From positions 704,001-768,000 of the forward strand of contig CAVTMK010000002.1 in the NCBI GenBank assembly GCA_963735805.1: a DNA stretch of 64,000 nt, read 5' to 3'. Position 1 is the first letter of the stretch. Each line of letters opens with the position of its first letter. Both the position numbers and the translations under genes were made by a program. Of the stretch, positions 28,047 through 36,851 are shown in pieces. The notes beneath the pieces were generated by a model. It saw only the letters and a list, made by a program, of their open reading frames with translations. It searched no databases and was not told the DNA's origin. This DNA comes from an uncultured Verrucomicrobiae bacterium. GTDB taxonomy: Bacteria > Verrucomicrobiota > Verrucomicrobiia > Chthoniobacterales > UBA10450.

Positions 28047-29012
28047 ATGATTATCTTGAACAAGCAAACAATTAACATTGCTACCGCGTCACTTCTCTGT
28101 TTTGCAGCGAGTCACGTGTGCCTTGGGAAACCGGCGGCAGGTGCCGCAAGCCATATGCAGCGCGGAATTGAGCTCGCTGAACAGAAAAATTACGACGCCG
28201 CCGCCGCCGAATTTACAAAGGCGATTCAAGCGAATCCGAAAGATGCGCGCGGTTACACTAATCGGGGCACGGCTTATCGCCAAGCAGCACAGGCAGCCCA
28301 GGCAAATGGAGATTCGGCTGGCGCAGCCACAAGGTATTCGTCTGCTTTAGCAGATTTTTCCAAGGCGATCGAAGTTGCTCCAAAGGATGAAGTGGCCTAC
28401 CGCGAGCGCGGAATGACCGCCGTAATGCAAAATCAGTTCGATGCAGCACTGCCAGATTTTGATAAGGCAATCGAACTTAAGCCCGATGACGCATACACCT
28501 ATAAATTTCGCGGTTTTGCTGAGATCGGCCTCAACCAATGGGATAAGGCAGTTGCGGATTTCACCGTCGCGATTCAAAAACAGCCAGACGATCCGCAAGA
28601 TTATGACCGGCGTGCCTGGGCAAACCGGAACCTGAAGAACTACGACGCGGCCGTCGCCGACTATACTTTGCTGATCGATAAGAACCCGAACGACACCGAG
28701 CACTTGGTCAAGCGAGGCGCTACATATACCTCGTTGCAGCAGTATGAGAAGGCCGTCGCCGATTACCAGGCGGCGTTAAAACTAAAACCAGACGACTATG
28801 ACACCGTTCAGCGATTGCAATACGTGCAGGGAATGCTGGCGGCAAAGAACGCTCCGCCGCCTCCTTCGGTTACTCCCACGCCAACGCCCAGTCCGGGTTT
28901 GATCACGCCTGTCAATGTGGGCATTGGCATCGTGGCACTGATCATCATTGCCATCATCGCGCGTTTGGTCACGCGAGGAAAAGCTGAAGAAACAAGCAGT
29001 AGAATCCGCTGA
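28047..29012 (+). CDS. Exported TPR protein with Pro/Thr linker and C-terminal membrane anchor
   Basis: Signal peptide, repeated A..DF.KAI...P TPR units, PPPPSVTPTPTPSP linker, then a TM helix and basic tail. Confidence 0.85.
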   Translation: MIILNKQTINIATASLLCFAASHVCLGKPAAGAASHMQRGIELAEQKNYDAAAAEFTKAIQANPKDARGYTNRGTAYRQAAQAAQANGDSAGAATRYSSALADFSKAIEVAPKDEVAYRERGMTAVMQNQFDAALPDFDKAIELKPDDAYTYKFRGFAEIGLNQWDKAVADFTVAIQKQPDDPQDYDRRAWANRNLKNYDAAVADYTLLIDKNPNDTEHLVKRGATYTSLQQYEKAVADYQAALKLKPDDYDTVQRLQYVQGMLAAKNAPPPPSVTPTPTPSPGLITPVNVGIGIVALIIIAIIARLVTRGKAEETSSRIR

Positions 29013-29124
29013 GTCATGCAGCAACCGCAGTGTCCGATGCCTTAGTGGACTTGATGTTTGTGATGCGCTTGGACCAGCGAAGTGTACGGCGTCTATGACA
29101 GGCAAGATGTGGCGAGAAATTTCT

Positions 29125-29152
29125 TTGACACGATGGTGCGCGCGGTTAGCTT
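29125..29152 (+). promoter_or_regulatory. Putative sigma70 promoter for thrT-tuf
   Basis: TTGACA (29125-29130), 16-nt spacer, TAGCTT (29147-29152). A second TTGACG lies at 29206. Confidence 0.5.
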
Positions 29153-29286
29153 GCGGACGCTTTTTGCTGGAACGAGGCGGTCCCATGGTCGTTCAAATTG
29201 CAAATTTGACGCGGCTTTGGGACTTTTGAATCTCTGGCAGAAGGCAAAACCGGGTTGCCGCAGAGGCGCTGGGTTGGCGACGAGCA

Positions 29287-29362
<76 letters not shown>

Positions 29363-29428
29363 GAACAAGCTCAGGGCCGAGAGTGATAATAGAGAAAATA
29401 GAGAGTCTAGTTAAACAGGAGAATTGAA

Positions 29429-30613
29429 ATGGCTAAGGAAGCATTTAAACGCGATAAGCCGCACGTAAATGTCGGCACGATCGGTCACGTGGACCACGGC
29501 AAAACGACCCTGACGGCAGCAATTACGATGGTGTTGGCGAAAAAGGGCATGGCCGAAGTGCGTGCATACGAATCGATCGATAACGCTCCCGAAGAAAAGG
29601 AGCGTGGCATTACCATTAACACTGCACACGTCGAGTACTCGAGTGACAAACGCCACTATGCGCACGTGGATTGCCCCGGACACGCAGACTACGTCAAGAA
29701 CATGATTACCGGTGCGGCGCAGATGGATGGCGCTATCCTGGTTGTCTCCGCGGCAGATGGACCGATGCCGCAGACCCGCGAGCATATTCTGCTCGCACGC
29801 CAGGTCGGTGTTCCTTCGGTTGTCGTGTTCCTGAACAAGGTCGACATGGTCGACGATCCAGAGCTGCTTGATCTCGTGGAGATGGAAGTGCGTGATCTCC
29901 TGACACAGTACGAATTTCCGGGAGATAAAATCCCGATCGTCAAAGGCAGCGCACTCAAAGCGCTCAACGGCGATGCGGATGCGGAAAAACAGATCCTGGC
30001 GCTCGTCGAGGCGATTGACGATTACATCCCTGTACCGGAGCGGCCGATCGATCAGCCGTTCCTGATGCCGATTGAGGACGTGTTCAACATTGAAGGTCGC
30101 GGCACTGTCGCCACGGGTCGTGTCGAGCGCGGTATTCTCAAGAAAATGGGAGAAGTGGAGCTGGTCGGCATTCGCCCTACCGCAAAGACGGTTGCGACCG
30201 ACATCGAAATGTTCCGCAAACTTCTCGATGAAGCGCGGGCGGGGGACAATGTTGGCGTTCTTTTGCGTGGCTTGAAGAAGGAAGAAGTGGAGCGTGGCCA
30301 GGTTATTTCAAAGCCTGGCTCGATTACGCCCCACAAGAAGTTCAAGGCGGAAGTTTATGTGCTGAGCAAAGAGGAAGGTGGACGTCATACTCCGTTCTTC
30401 ACCAATTACCGGCCACAGTTTTATTTCCGCACCACCGACGTGACTGGCACGGTCAAACTACCTGAAGGCGTAGAAATGGTCATGCCCGGCGACAACATTT
30501 CAATCGAAGTTGAGTTGATCACGCCGATCGCGATGGAGAAGACGATTCGTTTTGCCATCCGAGAAGGCGGCAAGACCGTAGGCGCCGGCCGCGTGAGTGA
30601 CATTCTCGACTAA
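29429..30613 (+). CDS. tuf: Elongation factor Tu
   Basis: Motifs [30 protein letters not shown] and NKVD. Confidence 0.99.
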   Translation: MAKEAFKRDKPHVNVGTIGHVDHGKTTLTAAITMVLAKKGMAEVRAYESIDNAPEEKERGITINTAHVEYSSDKRHYAHVDCPGHADYVKNMITGAAQMDGAILVVSAADGPMPQTREHILLARQVGVPSVVVFLNKVDMVDDPELLDLVEMEVRDLLTQYEFPGDKIPIVKGSALKALNGDADAEKQILALVEAIDDYIPVPERPIDQPFLMPIEDVFNIEGRGTVATGRVERGILKKMGEVELVGIRPTAKTVATDIEMFRKLLDEARAGDNVGVLLRGLKKEEVERGQVISKPGSITPHKKFKAEVYVLSKEEGGRHTPFFTNYRPQFYFRTTDVTGTVKLPEGVEMVMPGDNISIEVELITPIAMEKTIRFAIREGGKTVGAGRVSDILD

Positions 30614-30705
30614 CACTCTTCCTTTGAATCTTCCTCTCAGTCGTTCACTTGAGCGGATACGAAAGGAAGAGGAGATTAAGAGGAAGCGGAAGAGGAAGAT
30701 CAATT

Positions 30706-30778
30706 ACGCCAGTAGCTCAATTGGTAGAGTAGCGGTCTCCAAAACCGTCGGTTGGGGGTTCGAGTCCCTCCTGGCGTG
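30706..30778 (+). tRNA. tRNA-Trp(CCA), 3' CCA not encoded
   Basis: Acceptor stem ACGCCAG/CTGGCGT, anticodon loop CTCCAAA and GGTTCGAGTCC T-arm, in the usual position before secE. Confidence 0.97.
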
Positions 30779-30892
30779 TGGTTAACGCCGCGTTAAGGGG
30801 TTTACACCGTTGAAGCGTGAATCGGAAGAAGTGAAATTGAATCGCAATCGGACCGCTTTAACGCTTCAAACAAATAACGATTTAGATTTGAG

Positions 30893-31111
30893 ATGATTAC
30901 CAAAGTCAAAAACTTCTTCAGCGAAGTAAAGGTCGAGCTGCAGAAATGTTCGTGGCCGTGGGATCCGAAAGAGAAAGGATTCCGTCGTTACAAGGAACTG
31001 AGTGACTCGACTGTAGTCGTTCTTATCGCGATGTTATTACTGGGCGGATACGTGGCGCTCTTCGACCTGGTTCTGGTGAACGTGGTCCATTTCTTCACTC
31101 GACTACACTGA
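30893..31111 (+). CDS. secE: Preprotein translocase subunit SecE
   Basis: FFSEVKVELQKCSWP followed by a single TM helix, between trpT and nusG. Confidence 0.95.
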   Translation: MITKVKNFFSEVKVELQKCSWPWDPKEKGFRRYKELSDSTVVVLIAMLLLGGYVALFDLVLVNVVHFFTRLH

Positions 31112-31114
31112 TTT

Positions 31115-31684
31115 ATGGCACAGACACTCGCAGGGAAGGATCAATGGTACGTTGTGCACGTGCTTTCCGGACAGGAAAACAAGGTGCGCGAGAATATCTT
31201 GAAGCGCGTCAAGACGGAAGAAATGGGCGATTTGATTTACGAAGTGCTCGTCCCCACAGAGCGCGTGTCGGAGATCAAGAAAGGGAAGAAGAGCGAGACT
31301 ACGCGGAAGTTTTTTCCCGGATATCTGATCGCTAACATGCACCTGCTCGATGAGCACAATCAGCTCGTCGGGCGCACCTGGTATTTCATCCGTGACACAC
31401 CTGGAGTAATCGGGTTTGCCGGTACTAAGGATAAACCAATCCCGATGCGCCAGTCGGAGGTGGACAGCATGCTCGCTCAAATGAAAGAGCGCGAAGAGAA
31501 AGTGAAACCAAAAGTCAGCTTCGAAGTTGGCGAATCGGTGAAAGTCGCAGACGGCCCTTTCCAAAACCAGACTGGCATCGTCGAGGAAATCGATCCGGAG
31601 CGTGGAAAACTACGCGTCTCAGTTACCATTTTCGGTCGCGCTACTCCGGTGGAGCTGGAATATTGGCAGGTCGAGCGCGGATAA
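31115..31684 (+). CDS. nusG: Transcription termination/antitermination factor NusG
   Basis: Motifs WYVVHVLSGQENKV, FFPGY, KOW V..GPF...G and IFGRATPVELE. Confidence 0.98.
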   Translation: MAQTLAGKDQWYVVHVLSGQENKVRENILKRVKTEEMGDLIYEVLVPTERVSEIKKGKKSETTRKFFPGYLIANMHLLDEHNQLVGRTWYFIRDTPGVIGFAGTKDKPIPMRQSEVDSMLAQMKEREEKVKPKVSFEVGESVKVADGPFQNQTGIVEEIDPERGKLRVSVTIFGRATPVELEYWQVERG

Positions 31685-31689
31685 CAGTT

Positions 31690-31719
31690 TGTCGTTCCGA
31701 GCGAAGTCGAGGAATCTCT
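31690..31719. repeat. TGTCAT-family repeat, single arm, between nusG and rplK
   Basis: TGTCGTTCCGAGCGAAGTCGAGGAATCTCT. Confidence 0.8.
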
Positions 31720-31744
31720 GAATTCAAAATAGGACGGACACATA

Positions 31745-32170
31745 ATGGCAAAAGAAAAAGTAGCTGAGATCAAACTCCAAATTCCTGCCGGACAGGCTAA
31801 CCCTGCACCGCCAGTTGGAACAGCCCTGGGGCCACGTGGCGTCAACATCATGGCGTTCTGCAAGGAATTTAACGCAACGACCCAAAAACAGGCCGGCGAT
31901 ATTCTCCCGGTGGTTATCACCGTTTACAAAGATAAATCGTTTACTTTCATCACGAAGAGTCCGCCCGCCGCAATTCTGTTGAAGAAAGCCGCCAACATTG
32001 CCGCTGGTTCTAAAGAGCCTAACAAAACAAAGGTCGGCAAGGTCACGCGCAAGCAGGTCATGGACATCGTGAACACGAAGCGCAAAGACCTGAACGCGCG
32101 CAACGACGAAGCCGCCTTCCGTATTATCGCCGGCACGGCCCGTCAAATGGGGCTGGAGATCGCCGATTAG
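31745..32170 (+). CDS. rplK: 50S ribosomal protein L11
   Basis: Motifs [23 protein letters not shown] and IAGTARQMG. Confidence 0.99.
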   Translation: MAKEKVAEIKLQIPAGQANPAPPVGTALGPRGVNIMAFCKEFNATTQKQAGDILPVVITVYKDKSFTFITKSPPAAILLKKAANIAAGSKEPNKTKVGKVTRKQVMDIVNTKRKDLNARNDEAAFRIIAGTARQMGLEIAD

Positions 32171-32192
32171 GGTTGGGAGACAGGCTAGCTGT

Positions 32193-33848
32193 CTATCTTC
32201 CGCCTAAATACTCCCATTCTTGCAATGCAATTGGGACGTTGCCATTTTTCCAAACGAAATCGTGGAAGGCGCGGAGATTGAATTTTTCGCCCTGTTGTAG
32301 GCGCGCGTCTGCGAGGAATTTCACAATTTGGAGTTTGCCAATCTGATATGTAATCGCCTGGCCGGGTCCCGTAGAGAAGGCGATGGCTTCCTGGAGGGCC
32401 GTATCCGGGTCCATCGGAACTTTCTCCTGTAGATACCTGGCGGCTTGCTCAAGCGTGAATTCACCAAGCGCAAGTTTCACGTCCACCTCGACCCGAAGGG
32501 CTCGTAGTCGCATAAAGTTGTAAATGATTTCGCGGGTGTGGGGGCTGTCATCGAACAAGCCGGCCTGCAACATCATTTCTTCGGCATAAAAGCCAATTCC
32601 TTCATTCGCGCCAGAGTCATAGTAATGCCGCCGGATCGGGTCATCGTTTTTCCAGGAAAGGCACAGTTGAAAATAGTGACCGGGAATTCCTTCGTGCACT
32701 GTGATCGGTCGCGGATCTTCTGCTGTCGCCTGCCAGAAGTAGCCGAGTTTCCCTGAAGGTTCAGTCACGTAACGGACGCAATTCTCATTTAAACGCGATG
32801 GCGACGTGAAGTCGTCCATCTCGTCGAAACCCTGGATAGCGCGCAAATATTGCGGCATCTGGCGCAGGGTGTAATGCTGAACCCAATCGGGCACCGTAAG
32901 GATGCCGCGCTCCTCGAGAAATTTCCGGATTTGAAGTTCTTTCTGCGCCGCGTCCTTGATCCAGTTGTCAACGGCATCTGCGATTTTCAGCGGTGGCACA
33001 TTCTTGTTTCTATTTTTCTCGAAGGTCTCGAATGCAACGGCACGGTCCAATTCTTGTTTGCCCATCGCTAGAAGGTTTTCAGGCGAATAGGGAACCAGCG
33101 CGACGTTCTTGAGAAAGAAAACGTACGCGTCGCGCCCAAGGGCGGTCTCATTCGGCAAAGACTGCAATTTCTGCTGAAGCTCTTGCCGGAATTTCTCAAG
33201 CGCGTCGGCCGCGCGATCGACTGCGCTGTTCAATTCCTGCTCTCTAAGAGTTGTGGATTTCAGCAAAGCGACCGCCATTTGATGCAGACGCGGCCGAATG
33301 TTTTCCAACGCTTGAATTGCCACGGTAGCAAACGGCGCCGGTGGCTTGTCCAGATTCTGGGTGCCTTGCTGCAAAATTGAAGGGATATTTTCGATGCGCG
33401 TGAGAATTTCCCGGCTGCGTGCTGCGTCGTATGGTCCAGGCACATTGAGCGCTTCGACTACTGCCGTGAGCGTTTGCCCGATGTAAAAATTCGGATCCCG
33501 TTTCCAGCGCGGGTTGATCTCGAGTTCCCACCGTACCCGTGCCAGGGCCGAACCGATCAGACGATAGTCAACCTGCTGCGATATTGGCCAACTGGTTGGA
33601 TCCAGTTTTTTCCAGCGACCTTCGAGTTCTGCGAGCTCCCTTCGTTGCTTATCGAAGCTGGCTCGCGACCAGTCGCGCGTTCCGTTCGGCCGCTCGATAC
33701 GGTTCACATCATCGCCGGTAAATGGCGCGTATTTCGCGCGCCAGGTCCAGAAATCGTGCGCCAGTGTGCCGAGCGAGTCCGTCTGTGGCCGGCTGTTTGC
33801 CGATAGCGCAAGGAAATTCAGCAAGAATATTAGGCAGAAATTCTTCAC
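32193..33848 (-). CDS. Secreted DUF885-family protein (second, divergent paralog)
   Basis: Probable GTG start with signal peptide; HEGIPGHYFQ, NEGIGFYAEE, YQIGKLQI and FHDFVWKNG.VP. Confidence 0.85.
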   Translation of the reverse strand: MKNFCLIFLLNFLALSANSRPQTDSLGTLAHDFWTWRAKYAPFTGDDVNRIERPNGTRDWSRASFDKQRRELAELEGRWKKLDPTSWPISQQVDYRLIGSALARVRWELEINPRWKRDPNFYIGQTLTAVVEALNVPGPYDAARSREILTRIENIPSILQQGTQNLDKPPAPFATVAIQALENIRPRLHQMAVALLKSTTLREQELNSAVDRAADALEKFRQELQQKLQSLPNETALGRDAYVFFLKNVALVPYSPENLLAMGKQELDRAVAFETFEKNRNKNVPPLKIADAVDNWIKDAAQKELQIRKFLEERGILTVPDWVQHYTLRQMPQYLRAIQGFDEMDDFTSPSRLNENCVRYVTEPSGKLGYFWQATAEDPRPITVHEGIPGHYFQLCLSWKNDDPIRRHYYDSGANEGIGFYAEEMMLQAGLFDDSPHTREIIYNFMRLRALRVEVDVKLALGEFTLEQAARYLQEKVPMDPDTALQEAIAFSTGPGQAITYQIGKLQIVKFLADARLQQGEKFNLRAFHDFVWKNGNVPIALQEWEYLGGR

Positions 33849-33855
33849 GTTAGTT

Positions 33856-34863
33856 TCAATTCGAGCTCCGGCGCAACGTGATAACGTGAGGCTTTTTGTC
33901 GGTTCGATACATCGAGGCGCCGTAACAAAGCGCCGCGGATCGTTCGCGCGCATAACGAATCTTGTTCAGTTTTTCATCCCAATGTTCCATGTAAGAACAA
34001 TTCGCCGTCTTCTTGCTGCTGGAGATGGGGACATAACGATTTTCTGTGAACGTAAGAAACGAGGTTTCACCGGGAAGCGGGATCGGAGTCGCCCAATTTG
34101 GTGACAGCCGGACAAGTCGCGGGCCATTGAGGTCGAGCGCGAAAACTGTATCACCGTCCGTGCTGTTCAAATGCAGATCGAAAAATGCAAGGTGCAACGG
34201 TCCTTCGAAAAGGAAATGCTGATCTTTGTCCTGGCTGTCGTGTAGCAGGCCGAAGACGCCTTCAAATCCGGGCAACTGGCCAAATTCCTTTTCTGCTCCC
34301 GTTTTTAAATCGCGTAGCAAGTAATGTTTTCCATGACCCGGCCCATCAATCTGGTCATCTTCATCGCTGGGATCTTCCCGTAAGATCAATTCGACAGAAC
34401 CATCGGGCGATTTGTATGTGGGTATTGGTGTGGCGCTGGGAGGCGCAGATTCCTCGGGCGAAGCTGATGGGTTGGAAGATGCCGATTCCTCCGGTTCGAC
34501 GTTTGTGAAGTACGGTGAACTTTTTGCTGCGACATACCAATCCGGCGTAGCGTCCGATTTTTTTAATGTTTTTCCTAGAGGATCAACGCTCCAAAATTCG
34601 CGAACGCCATCAGATTTTTCACGGGTGAAAACGATGCTTGCGCCATCCGGCGCGAAAATCGGAGCGGAGTCCTGTCCAGAGTTATCATTCGTTAATTGCC
34701 GCAGCAGCTTTCCATCTTCGCGATATAAAAAGAGATGCGAATGACTGGTCCCTTCAGCCTGCAAGTAGCGAATTGCGATGACAATCTCCGCGTCAGCATG
34801 CGCCGTCATCGCTGCTAGCGAGAAGATTCCTGTGACAATTAATGTTCGAACTATCGAGATCAT
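33856..34863 (-). CDS. Secreted hypothetical protein with one TolB-like repeat
   Basis: Its ATG overlaps the cocE stop (ATGA). Signal peptide ends AHA-D; RQLTND..QDSAPIFAPDG repeat; S/P-rich linker. Confidence 0.7.
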   Translation of the reverse strand: MISIVRTLIVTGIFSLAAMTAHADAEIVIAIRYLQAEGTSHSHLFLYREDGKLLRQLTNDNSGQDSAPIFAPDGASIVFTREKSDGVREFWSVDPLGKTLKKSDATPDWYVAAKSSPYFTNVEPEESASSNPSASPEESAPPSATPIPTYKSPDGSVELILREDPSDEDDQIDGPGHGKHYLLRDLKTGAEKEFGQLPGFEGVFGLLHDSQDKDQHFLFEGPLHLAFFDLHLNSTDGDTVFALDLNGPRLVRLSPNWATPIPLPGETSFLTFTENRYVPISSSKKTANCSYMEHWDEKLNKIRYARERSAALCYGASMYRTDKKPHVITLRRSSN

Positions 34864-36710
34864 CGTAGCGGAAGTTGAATCGTCCTCGGATGGGTCGCGT
34901 CGTGATACACCTGCACGTGGCAGGTGCGCGCGTCTTTTGCCGTTTCTTCCGCAACCACTCCGCCTGAGCAATAGTTCTTTTGCCACTGAGTGGAGTTTGG
35001 CGATGACACGACCAGACGAAGCCGGCTTCCCTTCATTAATCGGCGAGCGACAAACAACCCTGGATTGAAATCGCAGCGTACTATTTCGCCCGGCTTTACC
35101 AGGTTCGCCTGGCGCAGCGAGTCGCGATAACGCAAACGGCGAACATCGCTCCAAAGGATGATGCTCGTTCCGTCCGGCTGGATTTCGTACAAATGGGCGG
35201 AAAGATCGACATCGGGTGTGTCGATCGATAACCACAGTGTAACCGCTGGGCAGCCAACAAACGGAGTTTCGTTTGACAGCGCATCGGTGTGATACACCAA
35301 ACCATCCTGACCGATACTCAATGGATATGTTTGGTCGATACCGGCGGTCTTTTCATTGGGATCAATTCCGTCCACTGTTTCGCCACGCGTGGTGTCCAGC
35401 GGATCGTAAATGAAAGTGTCGACACCATTGCCCGTTGGCTTTTCGGTCAATGTGCCTGAGCGAAAGACGCCATTCGCATCGCCGTTCTTTGAATTCAGGT
35501 AAAAAGCTTTGGGATTCGCGACAAGGCGTTCGTAATTGTCCGCGTATTTCCACTCGCCGTTGGCGCCACTGTTCCCGGGCGCGAGCAAGTAGTATGCGAC
35601 CTGATTCTTGAGAAATTCCGGTCTGGGGCCGTCTTTCATCGTCCAGTCGTACCATTGTCGATGCAGGTCATTCAGATCGATAACGGCCCCATGCCCGAAC
35701 TTTACGCCCGCGACTTCAGCCGTCGGGGTGCGTGTGCCCGCGTGGTCCCAAGGACCGATGATCAAAAAATGCTTCGCACGCGCGTCCGGAGAGGCGTTTG
35801 CGAGATGGTCCCGGTAATATGACAGGGCGCCAAGTTCATCACCATCGTATTGGGCGGTGATTGTTAAGATAGGCAGCGTAATCTTCTGGAACTGTTCTGG
35901 CGCGGGTAACATGGCGTCGTAGTACGAATCCATTGTTGGATGCTTGACGATGCGCTGAAAATTGACGGAGGGATTTCCGACAAACGAGTCCAGTGATTTA
36001 AAAGGGGTGTGTTTCTTATAAGCGTCGAGGAACTTGGTTCGCCAAAATTTCTGATCAGCAAAGAGATTGTTCTGTCCAGTGCGGCCACTTGTGAAAGTGA
36101 ACCACTGCACGTCGTAGGTTAGGCCAACATTTTCGGACGACGGATAATCGAGGCCCGGATGAGCGGCTGCGGCGGGAACAATCGTAGCGAGATGCGGCGG
36201 GAATTCTTTCGCTGTCGCCCATTGATCGAACCCAGCGTAGGAACCGCCCCACATTGCAACCTTGCCATCGCAAAACGGCTGGCGCGCCAGCCATTCGACC
36301 ACGTCGTGTCCATCCCGCGGCTCGTTTGCAAACGGCTCGAATTCGCCCCCGGAATTTCCGCGACCGCGTACATCGACCAGTGCAAAGGCGTAACCGTGAG
36401 ACGCGAAATAGGCGGCCCGCTCATGATACGTATCGGAAATATAAGGTGTCAGGGTGAAGATCACCGGCGTCTTAGGCAGCGATCCATTCGGCGTTTTTGG
36501 CAAATACAGCGTCGCGTTCAACTCGACCTTGTCGCGCATGGGAATCTTTATGCCCCAGCGGAGATCGTAATCAGCACGTGCCGGCGAGGGCGATGGCGTA
36601 GGAGTTGAAGTTTGCGCAATGATGTTTGCGGGGAGTGCCAGGCAGGGTGCCACAGCGAAGATCAGCCCCAAAATAATCGAGACTCGCGGAACATTTCGGC
36701 GTTTCATCAT
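34860..36710 (-). CDS. CocE/NonD-family (peptidase S15-like) serine hydrolase, secreted
   Basis: Motifs IPMRDKVEL, TPY, DVRGRGNS.G, nucleophile WGGSYAG and IGPWDH, plus a C-terminal beta domain. Confidence 0.92.
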   Translation of the reverse strand: MMKRRNVPRVSIILGLIFAVAPCLALPANIIAQTSTPTPSPSPARADYDLRWGIKIPMRDKVELNATLYLPKTPNGSLPKTPVIFTLTPYISDTYHERAAYFASHGYAFALVDVRGRGNSGGEFEPFANEPRDGHDVVEWLARQPFCDGKVAMWGGSYAGFDQWATAKEFPPHLATIVPAAAAHPGLDYPSSENVGLTYDVQWFTFTSGRTGQNNLFADQKFWRTKFLDAYKKHTPFKSLDSFVGNPSVNFQRIVKHPTMDSYYDAMLPAPEQFQKITLPILTITAQYDGDELGALSYYRDHLANASPDARAKHFLIIGPWDHAGTRTPTAEVAGVKFGHGAVIDLNDLHRQWYDWTMKDGPRPEFLKNQVAYYLLAPGNSGANGEWKYADNYERLVANPKAFYLNSKNGDANGVFRSGTLTEKPTGNGVDTFIYDPLDTTRGETVDGIDPNEKTAGIDQTYPLSIGQDGLVYHTDALSNETPFVGCPAVTLWLSIDTPDVDLSAHLYEIQPDGTSIILWSDVRRLRYRDSLRQANLVKPGEIVRCDFNPGLFVARRLMKGSRLRLVVSSPNSTQWQKNYCSGGVVAEETAKDARTCHVQVYHDATHPRTIQLPLR

Positions 36711-36851
36711 GCGCGATTGAAGCGAAGAAAGCGCGGGATACAAGAAACTTGAATCAGGTGACTGAGTTCTCGGTTGATCGGCCGATGGTCGATCTCGCGG
36801 GTATGTGCGGATCATCGTTTGCAGGAAAGCGAGTTTACGAGACGATAGGCA

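Noticed and set aside
34864..35235. Long N-terminal extensions in the ORF track (here, and at 13728, 23432, 24846, 56007 and 61605)
   Set aside because: They overlap neighbouring genes or repeats. Downstream starts give proper signal peptides or family N-termini.
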